60,824 bases of DNA from Pirellulales bacterium. GTDB lineage: Bacteria > Planctomycetota > Planctomycetia > Pirellulales > UBA1268. Numbering within the stretch: position 1 is the first letter of the stretch; each line of letters starts with the position of its first letter. Positions 24,846-36,900 of this stretch are shown piece by piece. The translations under genes and the position numbers were made by a program. Where the stretch lies: contig JBBAVS010000010.1 in assembly GCA_040397585.1 (NCBI GenBank), forward strand, positions 1 through 60,824, given 5' to 3'. Below the pieces are notes generated by a model. That model was not told where the DNA came from and did not search any database. It worked only from the letters and a program-made list of their open reading frames with translations.

Positions 24846-27362
24846 TCAGAGAATCGCCAGCGGGTTTTTCTTCTCTTCGAGCGTGCCGCGGGTCACGCCC
24901 ACGCGGTTGGTGGCCTTGAGCGCCGTCCAGACCTCCCGCCCGGTCGTCACGCCCGCCAGGAGATCGCGGTACGCGGCGATCACGTTCCCGATGGCCACGT
25001 GATCCTCGTCGAGCAGCTCCACGCGGACGTGCCGCACACCCTGGGCGAGCAGGGCCGGCACCGCCTCGGCTCCGCTCTGGGCGACGGCGTTGTAGAGCGT
25101 GTTGCGGCAGCCGACGTCGGCCGTGAGCGGATGCTCCACCCCGATGCGGTCTCGGAGCTTGACCGCATGGTCGTCGCAGGGCCGGCCGCAGTTGGTCTTG
25201 TTGGTGCCCGGCGAGAGCACGGCACAGAACACGCAGTGCTCCATGTGGAACATCGGCATGTGCTGGTGCACCACCACCTCGAGCCGCGTGGCGGCCGCGG
25301 CGCCGGCCAGGGCGAGCAGCTGCTCGCGGTTGCAGTCGTAGGAGGCCGTCACGCGGTCGCAGCCGGCTGCCAGGAAGAAGTCGGCGGTGCGCTCGTTGGT
25401 GACGTTGAGCGAGAAATCGCCGACGACCGGCAGCCCCGCGTCGCGAAAGAACCGCAGGGCCGCCCAGTTGCGGACGAGGACGCCGTCGGGCTCCTGCTTC
25501 GCCAGCAGCCGAAAAATCCCCAGCTCGTCGGGCTTCTGGATCCGCGGCGTGGCGAGCAGGATCGTCGCGCCGGCGGCGCGACAGCGCTCCACGGCGTCAC
25601 GATACTGGCGGATGTCGGCGAACTCGGCCTCGATCCGCCGTTCACCGAGCTCGAGCACCCGGCGGAGCTGGTCGAGGCTGCGGACGAGAACGTGGAGGGT
25701 GGGCAGGCAGGAAGCGGCCGGCGGGGCGGGCGCAGCGGACCCGTGAACCTCGCGCTCGCGGTCGGCCCGCGGCACGGTGGATGGACGCAGGACGGCCCTC
25801 TCGAGGGCGGCCACGAGATCGTGCCGCAGCTGGCCGAGCAGGCTGAAGGGCAGCATCGGCCCGCCGGTGATGTCGGCCGTGAGATCGCGGAGTTCGAACG
25901 GCGTGCCGCCGAGCCGGCCGAGCTGATCGCGAAGCGTCTCGACCGACAGCGCGTGCTTGGTCGCCGCGCGGGCCGGCTCAGCCGACGCCACCGCGCAGGT
26001 CGCCCCACGGGCCGTCCGGGCCGTCACGTGCAGCGGTTCACCGACGGTGGCCGTCACGTGCAGATCGACGGGCTGCCGCCGGCGGAGGCCGTCGCCCGCA
26101 AACGTCTTTCGCAGCCGCGCCGTCAGCTCCTGGTCGTCGGTCTTCCAGACCGCCTGGCCCGGCTTCAGCCGGCTCATGTCGATCGCGCCGTGGGCGAACG
26201 TGAGCTCCACCCGGCCCGAAGCCACCGGCTCGGTCAGCGACCGGCCTGCGGCGAAGACCTCGTACACGCGGCCACCCACGGCATCGTCGCTCGTCGTCCC
26301 GCAGTCGATCGCCACGCCGTCGCCCCGCTTCACCCCGCCCACCAGATCGACCGCCACGCGGTCGCGGCGAATCTCTGCCACGGTGCCGAGTCGCACCCCC
26401 CGCTTCGCACTCGTCGTTGCCGGCACGAGCATCTTGTGATCGCAGCCGCGGAGCCAGCCCGGCGAGAAACCGCGGGAGAAGGAGAGCTCCATCTCCTCGA
26501 CGTCGCGGGGCGTGAAGGCCACGGGCCGGCCGGCGACGGCTGTATCGATCGCCTGCCGGTAATGCCGCGTGATGTTGGCGACGTACTCCGGTGTCTTCAG
26601 CCGGCCTTCGATCTTGAACGAGGCCACGCCCGCCTCGATCAACTCCGGAGCGAGCGCGTAGGCGGCGAGATCCTGAGGCGAGAGCAGGTAGCGCTGGTCG
26701 CCGAGATCGACGTCCCGGCCGTCACAGACGAGGTCGTAGGGCAGGCGGCACGCCTGCGCGCACTGGCCGCGGTTGGCGCTGCGGCCGCCGAGCGATTCGC
26801 TCGTCAGGCACTGCCCGGAATAGGCCACGCAGAGGGCCCCGTGCACGAACACCTCGAGCGGCATCGCGGTCTGCCGGCGGATCGCCACGATCTCGTCGAT
26901 CGAGAGCTCCCGGGCCACGACCACGCGCTCCATCCCCAGCCGCTCGGCCAGCTCGATCGTCTCCGCGCTGGTGAGCGTCATCTGCGTCGAGGCATGCAGC
27001 GGGAGCTCCGGCCGCCGCCCGCGGATCAGCGTGGCCGCGCCGACGTCCTGCACCAGCACCGCATCCACGCCCGCATCCGCGACCGCCTCGACGGTGTGGC
27101 CGAAGGCCTCCAGTTCATCCGAGAAGATGAGCGTGTTGAGCGTGGCATAGCCCCGCAGGCCGCGGAGGTGGAGCATCTCCATCAGCCGCGGCAGGTCGGC
27201 CAGCGTGAAGTTCGTCGCCCGCGCCCGGGCATTGAACCCGGTGTCGAGCCCGAAGTAGACGGCGTCAGCCCCGTTTTCGATCGCCGCGCGGACGCAGTCC
27301 CAGTCGCCGGCCGGGGCGAGCAGTTCAGGAGCGGGTCGGGGGGCGGCAGGGGCATCGGGCAT
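24846..27362 (-). CDS. U32-family protein with two U32 modules separated by a beta-barrel (DUF3656-like) domain
   Basis: ATG at 27362 gives MPDAPAAPRPAPELLAPAGDWDCVRAAIENGADAVYFGL, a typical U32 N-terminus. A Cys cluster C-x6-C-x15-C-x3-C (LCVAYSGQCLTSESLGGRSANRGQCAQAC) is present. The second U32-like module has C-x2-C-x11-C-x3-C (HCVFCAVLSPGTNKTNCGRPC). The upstream 87 codons of the track ORF run through repeat copy A2 and are rejected. Confidence 0.9.
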   Translation of the reverse strand: MPDAPAAPRPAPELLAPAGDWDCVRAAIENGADAVYFGLDTGFNARARATNFTLADLPRLMEMLHLRGLRGYATLNTLIFSDELEAFGHTVEAVADAGVDAVLVQDVGAATLIRGRRPELPLHASTQMTLTSAETIELAERLGMERVVVARELSIDEIVAIRRQTAMPLEVFVHGALCVAYSGQCLTSESLGGRSANRGQCAQACRLPYDLVCDGRDVDLGDQRYLLSPQDLAAYALAPELIEAGVASFKIEGRLKTPEYVANITRHYRQAIDTAVAGRPVAFTPRDVEEMELSFSRGFSPGWLRGCDHKMLVPATTSAKRGVRLGTVAEIRRDRVAVDLVGGVKRGDGVAIDCGTTSDDAVGGRVYEVFAAGRSLTEPVASGRVELTFAHGAIDMSRLKPGQAVWKTDDQELTARLRKTFAGDGLRRRQPVDLHVTATVGEPLHVTARTARGATCAVASAEPARAATKHALSVETLRDQLGRLGGTPFELRDLTADITGGPMLPFSLLGQLRHDLVAALERAVLRPSTVPRADREREVHGSAAPAPPAASCLPTLHVLVRSLDQLRRVLELGERRIEAEFADIRQYRDAVERCRAAGATILLATPRIQKPDELGIFRLLAKQEPDGVLVRNWAALRFFRDAGLPVVGDFSLNVTNERTADFFLAAGCDRVTASYDCNREQLLALAGAAAATRLEVVVHQHMPMFHMEHCVFCAVLSPGTNKTNCGRPCDDHAVKLRDRIGVEHPLTADVGCRNTLYNAVAQSGAEAVPALLAQGVRHVRVELLDEDHVAIGNVIAAYRDLLAGVTTGREVWTALKATNRVGVTRGTLEEKKNPLAIL

Positions 27363-27415
27363 GGCCCGGGTGATTATAGGTCCGCCGGCGTCGGCATCTG
27401 CGCAGGTTTCGTCAG

Positions 27416-27841
27416 CCCCGCAGCCGGCCGGAGACATGCTCGGCGCCGGCGGCAATGAGGTCTCCGACCCACCTGCGGTGTGTGAGTTCAAGGCGCCAAC
27501 GGAATGTCGATGTCCGGCGTCCACAAGTGTCACCGGCTTCTGCGCGTGCCTCCGATCCGGCTGCTCGCCGTCAAGAGGGGCAAGCCATTGGAAAGGATCC
27601 GCGAGGGACTGACCGTGCCCCACCCACCAGGAATGAACTCAGCGAGGGGCTGACCGTGCCCCGGGAGCCGGCCTCGCTGGCCAGCGCAGCCAGGATGGCG
27701 AAGCGCAGCCAGCGCGGAGTGAGCGGATGCCACGATGGCATCCGCGAACGTCCGGCGACGGGGTATGGTCAGTCCCGAGCGGCGCAGCGCACAGGTTGAA
27801 AACCTGTGCCCACGTGGCGACGGGGCATGGTCAGTCCCGAG
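27416..27841 (+). repeat. Intergenic modular repeat, copy A2 (long form)
   Basis: See copy A1. It has the identical 39-mer, conserved blocks interrupted by 27-nt and about 56-nt insertions relative to A1, and hairpins at 27723-27745 and 27789-27809. It ends 7 nt from the acs stop. Confidence 0.9.
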
Positions 27842-27848
27842 CCCCCGA

Positions 27849-29825
<1,977 letters not shown>

Positions 29826-29852
29826 GAACCTTGCTCCTCGCCACGTTGCGTG

Positions 29853-30998
29853 TCATGTCGTCGATGGCGGCCTCGAACCCCCGCCACCCGCGAACGGACC
29901 CCCATCCTCGCCGTCGCCGAAGCCGATGCCAAGCGCCCTGGCCGCCTGCACGGCGGAACCACGGGGATCGACCGTCGAGAGCCGGCCAATGGCCTGGGCA
30001 ATGGGCACGCTCGCGATGTCGGGCGGCCGGTAGCAGACCATCTCGCCAAATCGACCCTCGTGGACGAGCCGGGCGGCATGGGCCCCGAACTCCGTCGCCA
30101 ACACGCGGTCGAAGGCCGTCGGTGCGCCCCCGCGCTGGAGGTGCCCCAGGATCACCGCGCGGGCCTCGCGGCCCAGTCGCTCCGCCACCTCGCGGGCCAC
30201 GATCTCGCCGATGCCGCCGAGCTTCACCTGCCCCCGGCCGCCGCTCTCGCCACCGTGGACGAGACCACCGTCGGGCAGGTGGGCTCCCTCGGCGACCACG
30301 ATCAGCGTGTAGCGCTTCCCTTCGCGGTCGCGCTGCGTCACCGTGCGACAGACGTTGTCGAACGTCCAGGCGATCTCCGGCAGCAGGATCACGTCGCCAC
30401 CACCGGCGATGCCCGCATGCAGCGCGATCCAGCCGGCGTGGCGACCCATCACCTCGAGCACCATCACCCGCTCGTGGCTCGCGGCGGTGGTGTGCAGTCG
30501 GTCGAGCGCGTCGGTCGCCGTGGCCACGGCGGAGTCGAAGCCGAACGTGAAAGCGGTGCAGCCGAGGTCGTTGTCGATCGTCTTCGGAACCCCCACCACC
30601 GGCACGCCATGCTCGTGCAGCTGCTGCGCGATGCCGAGCGACCCATCGCCGCCCACGCAGATCAGGCCCGCGATCCCCAACTGCTTCACCGTGGCCGCGG
30701 CCCGCGCGAGCAGTTCAGGGTCGATGCCCACCCGCTCCCCCTCGCCGACGAGCGACGTGAACCGGCCCTTGTTGGTCGAGCCGAGGATCGTGCCGCCCTG
30801 CAGGAGAATGCCCGCCGTGTTGTGCGCGTCGAGCGGCATGTAGCTCACCGGATCGACGAGCCCCTCGTAGCCCCGCAGGAAGCCGACGCAGTCGTAGCCG
30901 AGGCGGATGGCCGATTTGGTCGCCGCCCGGATCACGGCATTGAGCCCCGGGCAGTCGCCCCCCCCGGTGAGGATCCCGATCGTGGGCCTGCGGCTCAT
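29853..30998 (-). CDS. pfkA: 6-phosphofructokinase (phosphoryl donor ambiguous)
   Basis: IGILTGGGDCPGLNAVIRA, VGGDGSLG, GVPKTIDNDL and MGRHAGW are PFK-A family motifs. Confidence 0.93.
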   Translation of the reverse strand: MSRRPTIGILTGGGDCPGLNAVIRAATKSAIRLGYDCVGFLRGYEGLVDPVSYMPLDAHNTAGILLQGGTILGSTNKGRFTSLVGEGERVGIDPELLARAAATVKQLGIAGLICVGGDGSLGIAQQLHEHGVPVVGVPKTIDNDLGCTAFTFGFDSAVATATDALDRLHTTAASHERVMVLEVMGRHAGWIALHAGIAGGGDVILLPEIAWTFDNVCRTVTQRDREGKRYTLIVVAEGAHLPDGGLVHGGESGGRGQVKLGGIGEIVAREVAERLGREARAVILGHLQRGGAPTAFDRVLATEFGAHAARLVHEGRFGEMVCYRPPDIASVPIAQAIGRLSTVDPRGSAVQAARALGIGFGDGEDGGPFAGGGGSRPPSTT

Positions 30999-31001
30999 GG
31001 C

Positions 31002-32060
31002 TCAGTGCTCGCCGTGCTCGGCCAGCCAGCGCTCGGCGTCGAGGGCCGACATGCAGCCGGTGCCGGCGGCGGAGATCGCCTGGCGGTAGTAGTCGTCGGC
31101 CACGTCGCCGGCCGCGAACACGCCCTCCACGCTCGTGGCGGTCCGGAAGTGCTTCTTCCAGACGATGTAGTGCTTGGGCGTGAGCTCGAGCTGGCCGTCG
31201 AGAAACGCGGTGTTGGGCGTGTGGCCGATCGCCAGGAACACGCCCGTCGCCTCGATGGTCCGCTCCGCCCGCGGCTCGACCGTGCCCTCGAGCCGCACGC
31301 CGGTGACGCCGGCCGCGTCATCCCCGAGCACCTCGGCGAGCGCGGTGTTGAAGTGGATCGTGATCTTCGGGTTCTCATGGGCTCGGGCCGCCATGATCTT
31401 CGAGGCGCGAAGCTCGGCGCGACGATGCACGAGGTGCACCGTGCTGGCGAACTTGGTCAGGTAGGTGGCCTCCTCGACGGCCGAGTCGCCGCCACCCACG
31501 ACCACGATCGGCTTGTTGCGGAATCGCGGCAGCGCCCCGTCGCAGACGGCGCAGGCGCTCACGCCCCGATTCTTGAAATGCTCCTCGCTCGGCAGGCCGA
31601 GCCAGTTGGCGCTGGCGCCCGTCGCCACGATCACGCACTTCGCCTCGACGACGCCCCCCTCGGCCGGAAACAGCTTGAAGGGCCGCGTTGAGAAATCGAC
31701 CTTCACGATGTCGTCGGTGACGATCCGGGTGCCGAAGTTGGTCGCCTGCTGCCGCATCAGCTCCATCAGCTCCGGTCCGGTCACTCCCTTCCCCTCGTGC
31801 GGCGGCATCATCAGCCGCCGCTCCTTGGGCAGGGCCGACTCGAGGAAGCCGCCGAGGTCGCCATGGGGGAAGCCGGCGTAGTTCTCGACCTCGCTCGTGA
31901 GCGCCAGTTGGCCGAGCGGCAGGGTGCCGGCCATCCTGTTCTTCTCCGAGATCGCTCCCTCGTAGACGAGCGGCCGGAGCTGGGCACGGGCGGCGTAGGT
32001 GGCGGCCGACCAGCCGGCCGGGCCGCTGCCGATGATGACGAGGGTCTCGGACGATGGCAT
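31002..32060 (-). CDS. trxB: Thioredoxin-disulfide reductase
   Basis: ATG at 32060 gives [26 protein letters not shown] (FAD GxGxxG). Redox site CAVCDG, NADPH site [12 protein letters not shown], and C-terminal GVFAAGDV...[22 protein letters not shown]. There is an insertion of about 20 aa after FPHG relative to the E. coli-type enzyme. Confidence 0.93.
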   Translation of the reverse strand: MPSSETLVIIGSGPAGWSAATYAARAQLRPLVYEGAISEKNRMAGTLPLGQLALTSEVENYAGFPHGDLGGFLESALPKERRLMMPPHEGKGVTGPELMELMRQQATNFGTRIVTDDIVKVDFSTRPFKLFPAEGGVVEAKCVIVATGASANWLGLPSEEHFKNRGVSACAVCDGALPRFRNKPIVVVGGGDSAVEEATYLTKFASTVHLVHRRAELRASKIMAARAHENPKITIHFNTALAEVLGDDAAGVTGVRLEGTVEPRAERTIEATGVFLAIGHTPNTAFLDGQLELTPKHYIVWKKHFRTATSVEGVFAAGDVADDYYRQAISAAGTGCMSALDAERWLAEHGEH

Positions 32061-32185
32061 GCGCGGGCTCCCCGGGAATGGCGTCCGGCGGCGCGCATCG
32101 ACGCCGACCGCGCGGACAGGCATGATGTACCCGTTCCTGGCGCCCAGGAAAACCCGCCCCCGCCAAATTCCGGAACCGGCCCGTC

Positions 32186-33973
32186 ATGAGCCTTCTCGCC
32201 GTCCTCCTGCCGAGCGCCGCGGTGCTGCTGCTGGCCTACCGGCTCTACGGGAGCCTCCTCGCCCGGCTCTTCCGCCTCGATCCCGCCGCCCCCACGCCCG
32301 CCGTCACGCTCCGCGACGACGTGGATTACGAGCCGATCCCGCCGCAGCTCCTCCTCGGCCAGCACTTCTCCGCGATTGCCGCGGCGGGGCCGATCGTGGG
32401 GCCGATCCTGGCAGGCGTGGCGTTCGGCTGGGTGCCCGCGCTGCTCTGGATCCTGGCGGGCAGCATCCTGATCGGGGGCGTGCACGACTTCGTGGCGCTC
32501 GTGGCCTCGGTGCGGCACAAGGCCCGCTCGATCGCCGAGGTGGTCCGCGATCACATGAGCCGCCGGGCCTACGTGCTCTTCCTGGCGTTCGTCTGGATCG
32601 CGCTGGTCTACATCATCGTGGCCTTCACCGACATCACCGCCCAGAGCTTCGTCGGCCGGCAGGTGCTCGAGAACGGCGAGAGCGTGTCGGGCGGCGGCAT
32701 CGCCACCTCGAGCCTGCTGTACCTCATGCTGCCGGTGATCATGGGCTTCTGCATGCGGTTCGCCCGGATGCCGCTCTGGCTGGCGACGGCCGTGTTCCTG
32801 CCGCTGGTGGGGCTCGCGATCTGGGGGGGCCAGAAGATTCCGTTCGATCTCGCCACGACGTTCGGCACCACCGACGTCACGGCCCAGAAGATCTGGGGCG
32901 TGCTCCTGCTGGCCTACTGCCTGGTGGCGGCGATGGTGCCGATGTGGTTGCTGCTCCAGCCCCGCGGCCACCTCGGCGGCTGCTTCCTCTACGTGGCCCT
33001 CGCCGGGGCGGCGATCGGCCTGGTGGCCAGCGACACCTCGCTCGCCGGCGTGTTCGGCGGCCGGTCCACCATCCGCTACCCGGCCTTCACCGGCTGGCAG
33101 GCCGCCAACGGCCAGCATCTCGTCCCCATGCTCTTCATCACGATCGCCTGCGGAGCCTGCTCCGGCTTCCACTCGCTGATCGCCTCGGGGACGACAAGCA
33201 AGCAGCTCCGCCGCGAGACCGACGCTCGTGCCATCGGCTACGGCACGATGCTGCTGGAGGCGATGGTGGCGGTGGTCAGCCTGTGCTGCGTGATGGTGCT
33301 CACCCGCGACGATCCGCTCACGAAGCAGTCGCCGAACTTCATCTACGCCCTGGGGATGGGGCAGTTCCTGGAGATCCTCGGCGTGCCCGCCACGATCGGC
33401 GTGTCCTTCGCGCTCATGGCCTTCACCACCTTCGTCTACGACACGCTCGACGTCTGCACCAGACTCGGCCGCTACATCGTGCAGGAGCTCACGGGGCTTG
33501 GCGGCCGGGCCGGAGGCTGGATCGGCACGGCGCTCACCGCGGGTGTGCCGCTCGTGTTCCTGCTCCGTCCCAACCTCGACGCCCAGGGCAATCCCGTGCC
33601 CGCCTGGAAGATGTTCTGGAATCTCTTTGGGGCGAGCAACCAGTTGCTGGCGGCGCTCACGCTCCTGGGCGTGACCGTGTGGCTCTGGCGGACGCGGCGG
33701 GAATCCTGGGTCTGGCTCGTGACCGGGCTGCCGACGGCGTTCATGTATGCCATGAGCACCTGGGCCCTGGTCACGCTCACGCTGCCGCGGTTTCGCGGCC
33801 CCGCCGGCTGGATCCTCCCCGCCGATCCGGTCCCCTGGGCCGGCCTCGTGCTCCTGGCTCTGGCGGCGGTCATGCTCGTCGAAGCGATCCGCGCCCTCGG
33901 CGACGCAGCAGGGCCGCGATCACCCCGCTCGATCCGAGCAGCGCCCACGTCGTGGGCTCCGGCACCGAGATGA
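32186..33973 (+). CDS. cstA: Carbon starvation protein A family transporter
   Basis: MSLLAVLLPSAAVLLLAYRLYG..., GQHFSAIAAAGPIVGPILA and ACGACSGFHSLIASGTTSKQL are CstA signatures, and the protein is polytopic. The last ~35 codons overlap the convergent PEP-CTERM gene. Confidence 0.9.
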   Translation: MSLLAVLLPSAAVLLLAYRLYGSLLARLFRLDPAAPTPAVTLRDDVDYEPIPPQLLLGQHFSAIAAAGPIVGPILAGVAFGWVPALLWILAGSILIGGVHDFVALVASVRHKARSIAEVVRDHMSRRAYVLFLAFVWIALVYIIVAFTDITAQSFVGRQVLENGESVSGGGIATSSLLYLMLPVIMGFCMRFARMPLWLATAVFLPLVGLAIWGGQKIPFDLATTFGTTDVTAQKIWGVLLLAYCLVAAMVPMWLLLQPRGHLGGCFLYVALAGAAIGLVASDTSLAGVFGGRSTIRYPAFTGWQAANGQHLVPMLFITIACGACSGFHSLIASGTTSKQLRRETDARAIGYGTMLLEAMVAVVSLCCVMVLTRDDPLTKQSPNFIYALGMGQFLEILGVPATIGVSFALMAFTTFVYDTLDVCTRLGRYIVQELTGLGGRAGGWIGTALTAGVPLVFLLRPNLDAQGNPVPAWKMFWNLFGASNQLLAALTLLGVTVWLWRTRRESWVWLVTGLPTAFMYAMSTWALVTLTLPRFRGPAGWILPADPVPWAGLVLLALAAVMLVEAIRALGDAAGPRSPRSIRAAPTSWAPAPR

Positions 33974-36900
33974 GGTTGACGAACGAGCCGCCGGGGAGGG
34001 GTGACGTCACGTTCACACCCGCCGTCGTCGACGAGTAGGCGATCCGCCAGGTGTTCGACCCCACGACGAACGTGTCGCCGTCGGCCAGCGACGTGCCGCC
34101 GTAGGAGAACAGCCCGCTGCCCGCCAGCGGCCCGCCGTAGTTGATCATGCTGAAGATCATGCCGGGGCTGACCGGAATATCGGGTCCGAGATCGGCCACG
34201 CTCAGCGGCACCGTGCCACTGAGCGACAGCGTGCTGGCCATCCGCAGCAGGTCGGCCGTCAGGAGGTTCGACTCGTACTGGAAGCCGAGCGTCGCCCCGT
34301 TCGAGAAGCTGACCGCCGAACCGGTCGTGAGCGTGGCGATGCCCGCCCCGGGCGCGAGCGTGCCGGCCGCATTGACGGTCACCGCGCCGCCGATGGTCCC
34401 GGACCCACCAAGCACGCCGCCGTTGACCACGAACGGGGCCACCACGCTGCCGCTGTTGCCGTTGATGAGCAGCGTGCCGGCCTCGACCAGTGTCGTACCG
34501 CCATAGGCGTTGCTGCCGCCGAGGATCCATTGCCCCGCCCCCGACTTGGTGATCCCGATCAGGCTGCCCGATCCGGAGTTCACGATCGGACCGGCGAGGG
34601 TGTTGGCGGCCGTGTTGCTGCCGCCGAGTCGCAGCGTCCGCTCCAACGCCAGCGAGAAGACGGCGTTGGTCGATACGGTCGCGATGGCCGCGTTGCTCAG
34701 CGTGTACTGATTGCCGCTGATCCCCACGATCGTGGTCCCCGCCGGCAGGGCGGTCGAGGTCACCGTCAGGCCCACCGCGGTGCCGGGAGCGACGTTTGAC
34801 GTGTTCACCGCCACGGCACTGCCACTGGTGAAGTTGAGGTTGAAGTTGGCGGTGTCGATCGCCCGCACCGTGCCCGTGAAGGTCAGCGGGGCCGCCCCCG
34901 ACGAGTCGATCGTGCCCCCCGTGGAGTCCACTTGGATCAGCCGGTTCGTGGCCTGGGTCGTCGCCCCGGTGTAGCGAAGCGTGCCGCTCGTGCCCTGCCC
35001 GGAGAACGTGAACGCCGTGCCCGATCCGAGGGCGCCTGCCACGCCCGAATGAGTGAGATTGGCCACGTCGAGCACCCCGTCGAGCACGGCTGGCGTGAGC
35101 GTGAACGTGCTGGCGGTCCCGGTCAGCGACCACGTGCCGGTCCCGTACTTGTTGATCCCGCTGCTCGACCCGGTCACGGCCAGCACCGGCCCGGCGACGA
35201 CGCCGTTGCCCGAGCCGCCGATGAACAGTGGCCGGCTACCGCCGGCGGTGTTGCTGATCGTGCCGGTGAGCGTGAGCAGGCCGCCGTCCGACTGCACGAT
35301 GATGCCGCTGCCCCCGGTGGACCCGACGTTCAGCGTGCCGGACAGCGTGGTGACCCCTTGGAGATTCTGGATCGTCGGCGAGCCGCCGATCGTGGGCGGG
35401 TTGGCCGATGCGAAGTTCGCGAACGAGTTGGCGAAGGTGTTCGTGCCCGCCACGTTGAGCTGCAGCGACCCGGTGCTCGCGCCCGCCTTGGGCAGCGAGA
35501 TCGTGCTGCTCGGCGACAGGGCCGAGGCCGCGTCGATCCGCAGGATGCCGCCGCCGTTCGAGACCGTGGTGGTGCCCGAGTAGGTGCTGGTGCCCGCGAG
35601 GATCGTCGTCGCCGTGCCCGACTTGGTGAGGCCGCCCGTGCCGCCATTGCCGGTGATGTTGCCGGTGAAGGTGGCGGCGACGTTGTTGAGCGTGGTGCCG
35701 GCGACGCTGCCGGCCGCAAACGACAGCGAGGTCGGAATCGTGCCCGTCACGTTCGTGAAGTTGATCGGGCCGGCCGACGCCCCGGTGATCGACGCCTGAC
35801 CCGACCCGAGCCCGGTGGCGGCCAGCACGTTCACCGTGCCCGACCCGAGCTGCTGGAATGGGCCGCTGAACGTGTTCGCCGACGCGGTGTTGGAAAGCGT
35901 CAGGTTGGCGCCGCCGGTCTTGACCACCGTTCCGGCGCCCGACATGGAGCCCGAGACGGTGATCGCGGCCCCGGCATCGGTGCTGAGGTTGAGCGTGCCG
36001 CTGACGGCCAAGGGCCCGCCGAGGTTGAACGCCACGCTATTGCCCGACTGGATCGTGGCACTGCCGGTCACGGTGAACGGCTCCGGAATGGTCGCGGAGT
36101 TGGCACTCGCGAGCAGGTAGATCCGCGAACCGTCCTGGAGCGTGGTGCCGACCGTCGCGTCGCCGAGGCCGTACGGGTTGGTCAGGTACATCAGCGCGCC
36201 GGGCGCGAGCGTCACGGTACCCGGGATCGTGTTGCTGCCGCTCACCGCCAGCGGAGCCGTGCCGGTGTAGACGAGGCCTCCCGTGCCCGAAATCACGCCG
36301 CCGGCCAGGGCGCTCGAGCCCGCGTTCCCGAACGTGAGCGTCTTGTCGCCCAGCGCCAGGGTTCCGCCTGCCGCCACGCTGAGCGACGAGGCCGTCAGGC
36401 TCGTTCCCGGGAGGCCGGTGAGGTCGAGCGTGCCCGAGCCCGAGGCACTGAGGCCGCTCGCCGGCGCGATCCCGCCGGCGCCGCCAAAGTTCAAGACACC
36501 GCCCGCCACCGAGGTGATCCCGGTGTAGCTGTTGGACGCGGTGAGCGTGAGCGTTCCCGAGCCGAGCTTGATCAGGCCGAGCGCGTTGGCGCCGCCGTTG
36601 GGATCGGCGAGCGCCGACCCGTAGGTCAGGCTGCCGCCGGCGTTGCTGGTGTCGATACCGATGAAGGACCCGGGCAGGAAGCCGGACGTGCCCGTGCCGA
36701 GCGCCGCGAGCGTATCCACGTCGGACGTGGTGAACTCGCCGGCACCGCCGACGTTGAGGGCCAGGCCGCCGCCGCTGCCGGTGATCAGGTTGGCGGCCGT
36801 CCAGCTGCCGGTGTTGCCCGCGTAGAGCGCCGATGGCGCGGCGAACTGGAGGACGCCGCCGTTGATCCGAGTCGCCCCGGTGTAGAGGCTCGTCCCGGAG

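Noticed and set aside
24846-27623. N-terminal extensions of track ORFs, e.g. the U32 ORF starting at 27623, plus 1019-2917, 14480-16654, 31002-32123, 33870-38456, 39583-41208, 41183-42166, 45756-46958 and 59859-60644
   Set aside because: Internal ATGs give canonical family N-termini or signal peptides, often with an SD. The extra upstream codons cross repeats or intergenic DNA and are Arg/Pro-rich.
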